DNA from: Okamejei kenojei
Taxonomy: Eukaryota
Direction: 5' to 3'
Assembly: GCA_035221665.1 (NCBI GenBank)
Contig: CM069168.1
Span: 8,308,001 to 8,372,000 of the forward strand
Length of the DNA stretch: 64,000 nt
Shown: piece after piece, positions 37,980 to 49,959 of the stretch
Numbering within the stretch: the stretch's first letter is position 1
Layout of the letters: every line of letters begins with the position of its first letter
The notes under the pieces: generated by a model
Database searches by the model: none
Told to the model about the DNA's origin: nothing
The model's input: the letters and a program-made list of their open reading frames with translations, nothing else
Position numbers and translations under genes: made by a program

Positions 37980-39900
37980 ACCCATTCAATCAGACGGGAA
38001 AGGTGGATGAAGTCACGGTATGGATAGATACCTGGGACTGGGATATCATAGCCATTACAGAAACATGTCTAAGGGAAGGACATGACTGGCAACTTAATGT
38101 TCCAGGGTACAGGTACTACAGTCGGGATTGAGGTGGGGGAAAGTGAGGAGGGATTTGCATTTTTAATTAAGGAGAACTTCAAAGCAGTAAACTAAAATCA
38201 AATTATTGAGGGATAGTCCAGTGAGGCGCGATGGACTAAGTTGAGAAATAAGGAAAGGATGATCACCATATTGGCTTTGTAATATAGACCCTAAATAGTT
38301 GAGGGGACTTAGAGGAACAAACATGCAGGAAGATGACATAATGTTGCAAGAATAATAGGGTGGTCATTGCAGGGGAATTTAACTTTCTTAATATATACTG
38401 AGACTGCCATACTGTTAAAGGCGTTGATGGGCGGGGGAAGATAGATTTTGTTAAGCGTGTTGAAGAAAGATTCCTCTGGCAATACATACCAGGAAGATGG
38501 CAAGACCTGACCTACTCTTGGGAAATGGGGCAGAGCAAGTGACTGAGGTCCATTGAGGGAGCACTTTGGGACCAGTGACCATAGTGTTTGTAAACATTTA
38601 AGGAAAAGGATAGATCTGGTCGACAATTGAAATTTCTACATTGGAGCAAGGTGAATTATTACGGTATTAACCAGGAGCTTACAAAGGTTGATTTGAGCAG
38701 GTTGTTTGAGGGCAAATGGACAAGCGGCAAGGCTATAAAAAGTGTTTAAAGGCTTGCCGCTAGTTTAAAGAGAGTTCAAGATCTGCATGTTCCTGTTGTG
38801 TGAATGGAAGACTGGCAGGAATATGAAACGATGCATGACAAGAGACATTGAAGCTAGGGTAAGAACAAAAGGAGGCGTGAGTCAGTTACAAGTAGCTGAG
38901 ATCAAGTGAATCCCTGGAATAGGAGGATACTTAAGGGCCTGTCCCACTTACGTGTCCTTGGCACGCAGATTACGCGACCACGCGGTTGCGTTGAGGCGCA
39001 CGGGCATCGTATGGCCGCGCGGGGCTGGTCCCACTAAGAAGCGAGGAGGGGTATGTAGTTGTGCGGGCTCCGAAATTTTTGTAGTGAACGAAATCTTTGC
39101 GCGCCAACGGCCTGTCGCGGAACTGACGGCCAAAGTGGGACAGGGCCAAGACCCTGGCGCGACGGAACGTCTCACCTACAACAGCAGCAGAAGCAGGCAA
39201 ACGATCGCCAAACTCGGCCTGGGGCTCATGGCTGTTGCGGTCCAGATCCGCCCCCACTTCTACTCCCAGAGCGGGGCCAAGAAAATTGAAGATAGACACA
39301 AAATGCAGGAGTAACTCAACGGGACCGGCAGCATCTCTGGAGAGAAGCAATGGGTGACGTTTGGGATCAAGACCCTTCTTTTCAGACTGAAGAAGTCTCG
39401 ACATGAAACGTCACCCATTGCTTCTCTCCAGTGATGCTGCCGGTCCCGCTGAGTTACTCCAGCTTTGTGTCCATCTTCAAATGATGTCACGCGCTCCAGA
39501 CGGCCGTGCGTACACATGCAATCGCGCCCGACCTTCGCAGGACCATCGCGGCTCAACGCGACCAGGAGATCGCGTAATTTGCGTGCCAAGGACACGTAAG
39601 TGGGACAGGCCCTTTAAGAAGGAAACCAGAAGGGCAAAAAGGGAGGATGAGATAGTTTGAGAAGATGAAGGAGAATCCAAAGAGGTATTGTAAGTATATT
39701 CAAGGACAAAAGAATAACTAAGGAGAGAATAGGGCCCCTCAAAGATCAAAGTGGGCGAGTCCTCAAAGAGTACTTCACCCCTGTTTTTATCATGGAGAAA
39801 GAATTTAAGACGAGGGAACAGAGGAACGTTAATGGGTATGCCTTTGGAATAGTCCACACTAGAGGTGTTGCTGGACATCTTAAAATGTATGAAGGCCTCG
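37980..39900 (+). mobile_element. Old CR1 ORF2 endonuclease-region fragment, split by a MITE
   Basis: tgggactgggatatcatagccattacagaaac (WDWDIIAITET), ggggaatttaac, agtgaccat motifs. Confidence 0.7.
38934..39613. mobile_element. PIF/Harbinger-type MITE with internal TIR and nested Penelope-end pair
   Basis: TTA flanks; >30-bp TIR agggcctgtcccacttacgtgtccttggcacgc and its reverse complement. Confidence 0.9.
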
Positions 39901-41350
39901 TGTACAATATTACTGAACATCTTTGCAAGCACATTTTAATTTTTGGTGATACTTTTTTATCGCCAATATGTAGCAGTGGAATTTTTATTTTCAATGCCCT
40001 CCATAACTTTTCAATGAACCAAACAAATCATGCAACAATCTTTTAGCAAAAGGATTTTCATCCAGTAACTTTTCTTTCTGATCAAAAATTTACAACATGC
40101 AAAACTCATAACTAGCAAAAAGGAATTCCAACATTTACTAATGACGCTTTATCCTGTGACAACTTGGGAAATAATTGCTTACAATCCCGGTTTACAAGAA
40201 AGTATTAGATATTGCTTACAATTCCTCTTTTAAACCAGCTGGGCCGGTTTAAAATAGGTATAAGTGGGGAAGCTGTTGAGAGGTGTGACAGACTCAACCA
40301 TCGGTGGAGTGTCAACTCTGCCTTTGGTTTAACTCGTACCTTGAGCCTGAAGTTCTCAGTCAAGTAAAATATTTTTGTCAACTGAACCGTTTTTAGAACC
40401 CAATGGAAAATGTTCAATTTGTTTCGTTTTGCTTAGTTAATTATTATTATTGTCTTGTGTAACGAGTTACAGTGAAAATCTTTTTTGTTACGTGCTATCC
40501 AGTCAAAGAAAAGATTATACAGCAAACCCTCATTTTTACGGAGCTGTTTATAATGGATTTTGGTTAGAGCGGACGGAGCTTCACCACCAGGCCAGCCTGC
40601 CGACATCGGCCCCCCCCCCCCCCCCCCGGTGAGCTTCGTAGGTTCCCATTGCACAGAGCTTGCACAGTGAAAGTGCAACTCATCACAGGGAAGGATGCTG
40701 CAAGTTGAAAAATAAAGGAAGTCTGCAAAAAGCAATACGCCACTGCACAAGGGAGCAAAACCTGCATGTCATCAGAGTTTAATAACCAAAGGAAAGGAAA
40801 CAAGCCATTTAATTTTAGCAGTATTAGGAAACTGTTCATTTGATGACTTGTAAAGCACAACCTGACTAACCTTTGATATACCTTAGTGATGAAGCTAAAA
40901 TGAGAGTGTACACAATCTGCACGTTCAAGTTACAGGAGATTTTAGATTTAAATTTTGAAACATTTAATTTCACGCTTTTTCTCTCTTTTTTTGTCCTTCT
41001 CTCTTACTTTCTTTCTTTCGCTCTTGTTCTTTCTTTCTCCCTTTCTCTATATTTCTCTCTTTCTTTCTCTCTTGTTCTCTCTCTTTCTCTCTCTTTTGCT
41101 CTCCCTCTCTATCATGATCCATTTTTCCAACTCTATCCACATTGGTGCAGCTGCAGGATAATGTTGACAGGTGTTGGGAGCTGGGCAACAGGAGGAGGGA
41201 GCTCCGTGCCCTCACCTGGTGGGGTCTGCTGAGCTCCCTCCCGGAGAAGCTGGGGTGGAGAAAGCATCTAATCTAAGAGAAATCCAATAGAAGCTGCCCA
41301 AGCTTTGCCCTCTAATAGTGCAGCTGCCAGGGTTTAAAGCCCAATTCTTA

Positions 41351-42726
41351 AGGGCCTGTCCCACTTGCCCGTCATTTGCGCACCATTCAATTTATTGTCA
41401 TTATCTCATTTTAGAGACAACAAAATGGATTTTCCTTACAGTCAGTAACATAAAAGTAAATAATAAATAAATAAACATTTTTTTTTTTAAAGCACAAACA
41501 CAGAAGTCCACACACAACATAACCCCACAGCGGTACCAGAGTTAAGGAAGGTACCATAGTCCAGCCAGCTTCCCTGCCGATCTTCCCAGATGTTCACCCG
41601 TGGTCGGGGCCTCCCGAGCACCCGCAGGCCCCCTCGCCGGGAACGATGGAACCCCGACGGAGAACATCCTCAGCGGCCCGGACCTCCAGATCAGCCACCT
41701 CCCACCGGAGTCCGCGGCTCCCAAAGTCCACGGGCCGAGCCGCCCGCGTTGGGAGCTCCGCGATGTCGGTGCAGCAGGCCCAGCACTCCGGAGCTCCAAA
41801 CGGCAATCCCCGGTGAGGCATCGCCTGCCCCCCGATGTTTCCAACGCTGCGCCGCTGCTGCTGGAGCTCTGGCCGGTCCCGGGAGGAAAGGCCGCGCCAA
41901 TCCAGTAGGTGGGCCGTGGGGGGGGGGGAGGGGGGCGAGGACGCGACTCGAATAATAGTCGCATCCTCTCCAGGAAGCGACTAGAGGACGGTATCCCCCT
42001 TACCGTAACCTCTTCCCCTCACATAAAGACATTAAAAAAAACACAAACAACGTCTTCAAACATAACAAAAAAAACAAAAAGATACTGGACTGAAGGCGGA
42101 GGCAGCTAGCAACAGCGCCACCGGATGTCCAGAGCGTAGTCGGTAGCGTGTGGGTAGCGCGGGACGGGCGCATGGAGGGGTGTGGGGTTGCGCGCCGTAT
42201 CGCGCAGTGCGCCAGGATTTCGTCTTGTACGAAATCTTCACGTGCCACCGGCCTGTCGCGTAAATGACACCCAAGTGGGACAGGGTGACATTTCAGGTCG
42301 AATGGGTGACGTTTCGGGTCGAGACCCTTCTTCAAACTGAAACATCATCCATTCCTTCGCTCCAGGGATGCTGCCGGTCCCGCTAAGTTACTCTTGCATT
42401 TTGTGTCTATATTCAATTTAAACCAGCATCTGCAGTTCCTTCCCACCGATTAATTTGGTCTGCAGCTTGCTACTTTTCATTCGCCTCATTTTTTGAATAG
42501 GGGCATTACACCTGCAGTTTTTCCAATTGCTAGCACCACTCAAGAAACTGGAACATTTTAGAAAATCACCATAAATATCATAAACTGGGTAAATATCATC
42601 AACTGGGTATGCAAGTGAAGTCATGCGCTCCAGACGGCTGTGCGGACGCATGATGACGCGCACGACCATCGCGCGTCAGTCGCTACCGGCCTGTCGCGTA
42701 AATGACGGCCAAGTGGGAAAGGCCCT
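41351..42726. mobile_element. PIF/Harbinger-type MITE carrying nested inserts
   Basis: TTA flanks; TIR agggcctgtcccacttg.ccgtcatt / aaatgacggccaagtgggaaaggccct; extra TIR at ~42262-42285. Confidence 0.85.
41385..42130 (-). mobile_element. GC-rich non-autonomous retroelement nested in a MITE
   Basis: Minus-strand 5' ccggtggcgc...agctgcctc and 3' tgacaataaattgaat tail; architecture like 27333 and 54175. Confidence 0.6.
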
Positions 42727-43354
42727 TTAACTCTCATGGACACTGGTGAGTCATTGTTTTGCTGATCCATTGACAGAAAGCCTCCACATTCACCACTGCT
42801 GCCTCCTCCCACTCTGCCGCTTTAATCAACGAACAACATTTGTCACACTTTCTGATAATTGGCCACATGATAGCGTCTCTTTCCCCTGGGTGTGTGCCTG
42901 TGACGACGTGGAGAGTTGACGTTTCAATCCTGACTATGGGTGTGGTCTGTACCGGGTGTGTACGTTCTCCCTGTGACCATACGGGTTTTCTCTGGGTGCT
43001 CCGTTTTCCTCCCACACTCCAAAGAAGTGTAGGTTTGTAGGTTAATTGGTTTCTGCAAATGTACTCATTGGGCCAAAGGGCCTGTTTCCACGCTAAATCT
43101 CTAAAACTAAACTGAGACATGATATGTATTTCTCTTCCCACGATGTTGCCCGACCCACAGATATCCACCATTTTTTGTTTTCATTCCAACAACATGCTAA
43201 CAAAGGTCATTCACCTCAGAGTGGAATCGCTGCCAGCATCTTTCCCACATCAGAATCTCTCCTACGCTCCTAACCAACTAACTCTCAGGAAAAAACATTA
43301 GGACCTTACTAAGTAAATATCACCTTACCAAGTATTCCCCCCAAACTTCAATTC

Positions 43355-43672
43355 AAGACAAGTCAAGAGAGTTTATTGTCATGTGTCCCAGATAGGACAA
43401 TGACATTCTTGCTTGCGAGTTTGTTTGAAGTTGTGTTTAATAGCCTGATGGCTGTGGGGAAGAAGCTGCTCCTGAGCCTGGATGCTGCAGATTTCAGGCT
43501 CCTGTACCTTCTACCTGATGGCAGCGGAGAGATGAATTTGTGGCCAGGATGGTGTGGGTCCTTGATGATGTTGGCAGCCTTTTTGAGGCGGCGACTGCGA
43601 TAGATCCCCTTGGTGGTAGGGAGGTCAGAGCCGGTGATGGCGTGGGCAGTGTTTACAACTTTTTTCAGCCTT
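43355..43672 (-). mobile_element. Rex1/Babar LINE 3' fragment
   Basis: KAANIIKDPHHPGH...LPSGRRYRSL...RLRSSFFPTAIRLLN, then tgacaataaa tail. Confidence 0.85.
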
Positions 43673-44144
43673 TGCATAATGGAGGGCGGCACAGTGGCGC
43701 AATGGTAGAGTTGTTGCCTTACAGCGCCAAAGGCCCGGGTTCGATCCTGACTATGGGTGCTGTCTGTACAGGATTTGTACGTTCTCCCCGTGGGTTTTCT
43801 CTGGGTTTCATTTCCTATCGAACTCCAAAGACGTACAGGTTTGAAGGTTAATTGGATTTGGTTAAAAAAAGGAAATTAGCCCTAGTGTGCAGGATAGTGC
43901 TTGTGTCCATAAGGATCGCTGGTAAGCGCAGACTTGGTGGGCCAAAGGGGCTGTTTCCACGCTGTATCTCAAAACCTTACTATGTAAATATGTCCTGGGT
44001 GGGATCTCCCTCAAATATCAGTTCTTTGCTGGCTACCTGACCTTAAACGCAATGGCACCACTAGAAATGGTTGCAATGGTTGATTTTTTGTGACTAGGGC
44101 CATGTTCATTGACCATGCTGCGCCCCTTATCTTAGTCAATGTTA

Positions 44145-44644
44145 AGGGGCTGTCCCACTTGAGCGACCTAATTGGCGAGTTTAGAAGAGTTTGAAATAAT
44201 GACATGTTGAAGACCTCCTTCGACTACATTGAAGACCAGCTTCGACAAGCTACGACTAGCTACGACTAACTTTGGGAAAATTGGACACCGAATAGTGGAG
44301 AGTGAAGACGATCTCCTTCGATCTCCTTCGATCTCCTTCGACTATGATGAAGACTATCTACGACTACCTTCAACTACCCTCGATTACCTACGACTAACAT
44401 GCCGACCTACTACGCCCTATTACGACTAAATCTACGAGTAAAAATAGTATTGATTTTTCCATGGCGACCTTTTTTTACTCGCGGGCATTTTGAAAAAAAT
44501 GCCACGACCTAGCTAAGGCCTCGAGTATGCGGAGCCCACGTTAGAGCATGAGGGAGAGTTACGAAGAGTTACATGCCGCGAGTGTGAGTCGAGGGCAAGC
44601 TCACCAGAACTCGCAGATTAGGTCGCCCAAGTGGGACAGCCCCT
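44145..44644. mobile_element. PIF/Harbinger-type MITE
   Basis: TTA flanks; TIR aggggctgtcccacttg.gcgacctaat; interior rich in short (a)cgact repeats. Confidence 0.9.
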
Positions 44645-46109
44645 TTATTGTACAATCTAATTGTCTCCACCCAGAGAGGAAGGTGGGTGGTGTGTTCCTG
44701 AACCAGACCCTGTCCCAACGACTCCTGCTCACACTGCGTTATAGGCACTGGCCATTCTGAAGAGGAAATGTGACAACACTCAAAGAGGGATCTGAATGTA
44801 AATGAACAGGTGCAGTTGCCAGTTGTTGGAGAAACATAGTTAGTGGAATTCATCCAAGGTTTTTAATTACGGTGCGGGTGTGATGGGAGAGGGGACATCT
44901 GGAGAGGAGTGTGTGACAGGAACATAGAGGAAAGGTGACCACTCCTCTAACCTCTCCCACTGCTCACAGACGAACACATGCATCTCTGTCTCACTGGAGG
45001 CCGCACCTTTCTGTCTCACTCACGGCGACACAATGCCCGGGCGCTGTTCAAAAATGCTAATTAATGCAAAACTGTAGAGTCCGGTTCAAATTTAAAAAAA
45101 TAGCTCCAGGCATTTATTTTGCATCAAAACTTCTTTTTTTTAAACGAGCATGATAACTGGGTGCTAAATGTGGAAATCTTCTGCTGCTAATTGTGTTGAA
45201 AGTCAAAAGGAAATGTACATTTCTGGAGAGGAAATGGGTGACCAAATTTCTCACCGCAGACTGTTTCTTGCTTTTGTAATGGAACAGTGTTAGTGAATGA
45301 TTATTTTGAGACTATTTCTGTCAGATGCATTACTTATTGATTTTTAATAGATTGTGCTGTGATGTTTCCTTTTTGGAGGGACTGGTGTTCAACATTTGCA
45401 TTTATTTCCATTGCATGGGTGTCGTTGTAAACACAACACCAGTCGAACAGGAACAGCCGTGTTTCAAATTTACTAATTCTATTATCAGCAGGAGCAAGGA
45501 GAAATAATTTTAATTTATTTTGCAACTTTCCTGTCTCAAAGCAGTTACAACTAATTGAGTACTTCTTAAAAGACAAATCCCTTGTGCATTGTGAGAATAT
45601 ATTATGTGTTCCTGCTTGCAAAGTTATTGTGTCATAGAGTTACAGGGTCATACAGCAAAGAAACAGGCCCTTTGGCCCACCTCATGTCAATCATCCTGCT
45701 TATCTATACTAATACCACTTGCCTACTTTAAGTCCATGCCCCTCTAGGCTTTGCCATTGGAATATCTGTCCAGATACCTCCTAAATATTGTTCCTTTTAG
45801 CTTAGTTTAACTTATTTTGCTTTAGAGATACAGCACGGAAACAGGCCTTCAGCCCACCGAGTGAGTCTGCACCGACCAGCGATCCCCACACATTAACACC
45901 ACACTAGGGACAATTTTACATGTATACATTAATACCAAGCCAATTAACCTACAAACCTGTACGTCTTTGGAGTGTGGGAGGAAACCGAAGATCTGGAAGA
46001 AAACCCACGCAATGTACAAACTCCGTACAGACAGGCAACTGCAGTCAGGATGGAACCCAGGTTTCCGGAGCTGGAAGGCAGTAGCTCTACCTCTGTGCTG
46101 CCGTGCCGT

Positions 46110-47430
46110 TCCTCTTCTTACCTCCATCATCTCCTGTGCACAGACTAGTACACCAACTAGTCTGTACAAATTCGCCGCTCAAACCCACTTTACCTTAAAC
46201 CTATGCCTGCTAGTTTTAAACTCCCCCAGCCAGGGAAACAGGCGCTGGTGATCTGCCCTATTAGTGCTCCTCATAAATTTATGTGACTCTTTTATATTAC
46301 CTCACCCCTTGTAGGCTCCAGGGAAAATAGTCCCACCCCATCCAATCCCTCCTTGTAACTGAAGCCCTCCGATTCAGCTAACATCCTAATGAATCTTTTC
46401 TGCACCACCTCTAACTTAATCACCTTGTTTCCACAGTGTGAAGACCAGAACTGCACATAATACGCCCAAGTGCGGCCACAGCTGTAAAATGATGCCCCAA
46501 CTCTTATACTCCAATGTCTCGGCCGATGAAGGCAAGCACGCCATAAGCCTTCTTCACCACATATCCTATCTACCTCTGCCGCCAATTTGAGGGAATGATG
46601 TTCTTATACCACAAGTTCTCTCTCTTCAACAAAACTCCCCAGGGACTTGCCATTCACTGTGTTTGTCCAGCCCTGATTTACCTTCCCAAAATGCATCTGA
46701 AGAAGGGTCTCGACCTGAAACGTCACCCATTCCTTCTCTCCAGAGATGCTGCCTGCCCCGCTGAGTTACTCCAGCATTTTGTGTCTATCTTCACTGTAAT
46801 TTTGAATGAGTTAGCCATTGTTCCCTTTTCCACTTTCTCAGTTGACCTACATCCTGTTGTGACCTTAGAGAACATTCCTCACTGTCCACAATATCCTCAA
46901 TGTTGACGTTGTCGACAGACTTACTCATCATACCACCGACATTCTCATTCAAATCATTGGTATAAACAAACAGCAAAGGACCCAGCACTAATCCTTACAA
47001 CAGGCTACAGGTCACAGGCCTCCAATCTGAAATGCATCTGTCCACTAACACCTTCTGAGTTCTACCACCAAACCAATTTGTATCCAATTAATTAGCTCTC
47101 TTTGCATCTCATGTGATTTACTTTTCCAGACCAGCCTACCATGTGGAATCTTGTCAAAGGCCTTGCTAAAGGTTTTCTACTGCCCGACCCTCATCAATTC
47201 TCTGAGTCACCTCAACAGAAAAACATTCTGTCAAACTCAGGATTTCCAATGTGCAAAGCCATGCTGACCATTGGTTAACAACCCTTGCCTTGCCAAATGC
47301 AACTCAACATTCCTTCCAATAATCCTCCACCACTGATGTAAAGCTCACTGGCCTATCAATCCATGGTTTATCCCTGCTGGCCTTCTTACATTAGCTATCC
47401 TCCAGTCATCTGGTACCTCACCATTTAGGA
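46110..47430 (-). mobile_element. Old CR1 LINE RT/3' fragment
   Basis: LGPLLF..YTNDL...SKSVDN and YVQFWSS..VIKLEVVQKRF remnants. Confidence 0.75.
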
Positions 47431-48409
47431 TTTATGGAGAGAAGGCAGGAAGGAAAGATAGATCAGCCTTGAAAGATAGATCAGCCATGATTGAAGACTT
47501 GATGAGTCTAATTCTGCTCCTAAAACTTATGAACTAAGGAACCTCTGGCTAACAAAGATACAAAAGTCTCTTAGTTTAGTTGAGTTTAATTTATTATTGT
47601 CATGTGTACCGAGGTACCGTGAATAGCTGTTTTGGTGCCTGCTGTCCAGTCAACGATAAGATTATACATGATTACAATTAAGCTGTACGCAGTATGCAGA
47701 TACGGGATAAAGGGTTCAGTGTAAGATGAAGTCCAGTAAATTCTGATTAAAGATAGCTCAAAGGTCTCCAATGAGGTCGACGGGAGGTCAGGACTGCTCA
47801 CTAGTTGGTGAGAGAACAGTTTAGTTGCTCTTAACAGCGGGGAAGAAACTATCCCAAGACCCCAGCAATTTAATCCCTTGCTTCCCATAACATATTCCTA
47901 AGATATGCCTGATCATGCCCTGGGCATTTAAGACTTCCAACATCAGGTCCTTCATAATGTTGGCACACTCCAGGATATCATTTAAACTCACGGCCTTCCA
48001 TGTCCTTCTCCAAGGTAAATACAGACAAGAAGTATTCATTTAAGACTTTGCCCATTTCCCATGGCACCGTTGCTCTTTTGGTCTTAAAAAAACTTTGACT
48101 CTTTTACGATTGTCATTTACTTTATCTGCTGGAATATTTAAATGCCTCTTTTTGCTCTTCTAACTTCCTTCTTATGTCTGCTGCATCACGAGGCTCACTT
48201 GATCCCCGCTGTCTATACGTCATCTGCCTCTTTTTCCAGATCTCAAAATCTCTTCCCAGCTTTCCCCTTCACTCTAACGGGAACCTGCTGGCCCTGAACT
48301 CTTCCGATCTCATGTTGAAAGCCACATGCCAGACATCCCTTTACCTTTATCCTGGCTGATCGTGAAGCACATTTTCCTGGCCTCGACGGGCCTGGGTTCA
48401 ACACCAGCT

Positions 48410-48745
48410 CCAGTGCGGTCCTGATGTGACACCGTGTCGGCAGAGGTGCCATCTTCTGACAGAGATGTTCAACCAAGATGCCATCTGCTCCATCAGCTGG
48501 ATCTAATCCATCCCGCGGCCCTATTTTGACGAAGAGTAGGGGAGTTCTCCCCAGTGAACTCTGCCAATATTTATCCCTGAACCAAAACCACTAAAACAGA
48601 TTATCTGCTCATTATCGCACTGCTGTGTGTGGGAATTTTCTGCTGCCAAGCTTCCTGTGTTGCCACCGTTTGTGCAGTATAATGGTACTTAACCAGCTGC
48701 GAGGTGCTTTGGATGACATGTAAATTGTTATAAGAACGCAAGGTT
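48410..48745 (+). mobile_element. Deu-domain SINE (AmnSINE/SacSINE-like)
   Basis: gaggtgccatctt...gaagagtaggggagttctcccc...gccaatatttatccct..accaa..ccactaaaacagattatctg.tcattatc matches the Deu consensus. Confidence 0.75.
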
Positions 48746-49474
48746 TTTCTTTCATGTGTTGCACTAAAATACCATCATTGCACAAATATTCTACTGTGTG
48801 TTTTTATCCCCTGGATTGGCACCTCCTCTACACCACTGGCTCAGAAAGCTTTTACAAGTTAATTTGCTTTGGCATGATGACATTAAGAGATCTCGCCAAC
48901 AGTTAATTCTTTAAATAAATTAAATTCAACATTGCTAGGAATGCAGCAATTTATTAATAATCTAAATTTAACTGCATTTAAAGGAGGGAAGATCGAGCTT
49001 TAATGCACCAATTTATTAATAAGCCTAATGTAACTGTAAGGACAGAACGGAGAGGAGATCGAGCTTTAACACACATCCTCACTCGGACTGGCAAGCCAGT
49101 GTTTCAGTAGCTTTGTTCCATTCACGTTCCAAGTAGTAAACCTATGTTGCCAGTAATGGCATCTGCTACGGGATAGCTGGGCCAAAGACTGCACACGGGC
49201 AGCCTAGACTGTCAGGGTCTGCCAGGTTGTCACCTCAAAGCCAAGGTTCTTCATCGGGCCACACTAGAAACTGTGCCACAGATGAGAATCTGGTAAAGTA
49301 GAGCCACACTTTTTCACAGGAAGTTACAGAAATCAAGAACCAGAGGCCATAGGTTTAAGGTGAGAGAGGGAAAGGTTTAACGGGAATCTGAGGGGCAACT
49401 TTTTCACACAGAGGGTGGTGGGTATATGGAATGAGCTGCCGGAGGAGATCATTGAGGCAGAAACTACAGCAACA

Positions 49475-49959
49475 TTTTATTTAAAAAAAAAAAAAAAATT
49501 ATTAGAAGCAGTGTACAAAAATATAAGCAGCGGCATATGACTTAATACAGTAACTGTACAGCTTCAATTTTAATTTTTAGCTAAAGATGAGAGAGAAGGA
49601 GAGAGAAAAAGCAAGAGAAAGAGAAAGGGGCTGTGCAGGAATAGAACCCTTAGACCACCAAATTGGTGTAGCCAAAGAGTGAGTAAGTAAAAGAAATAAG
49701 AAAGACATAGAGAAATAAAAAAGACAAAAACAGAAAGAAAAACAAAAGGTGACAATATACCTGCTTCCTATCCCTCCCCACCCATCACCCAGCCCGTAAT
49801 TAGATTGAATTCCAAAATTGTGTTGCACCATTCTATCCTTGTAATGAATGGTGCCCATGTTTTTGAAAAATGCTCTGGTTTTTCTGATAAGACAAGTCTC
49901 ATATTTTCAAGGTGTAGCGTCTCAGACATGTTTGTAATCCACATTTTAAGAGTCGGGGC
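49475..49959 (-). mobile_element. L1-clade LINE 3' fragment inserted in a CR1 tail
   Basis: Minus strand PTLKMWITNMSETLHLENMRL...FSKTWAPF resembles fish L1 ORF2 C-terminus; T-rich 3' UTR. Confidence 0.65.

Noticed and set aside
41542-41964. Overlapping GC-rich ORFs / apparent CpG-island promoter
   Set aside because: Lie inside a retroelement nested in a MITE; open frames reflect GC content.
44220-44440. Short repeated units as a CRISPR-like array
   Set aside because: Irregular 5-10-bp motifs without unique spacers, inside a MITE in eukaryotic DNA.
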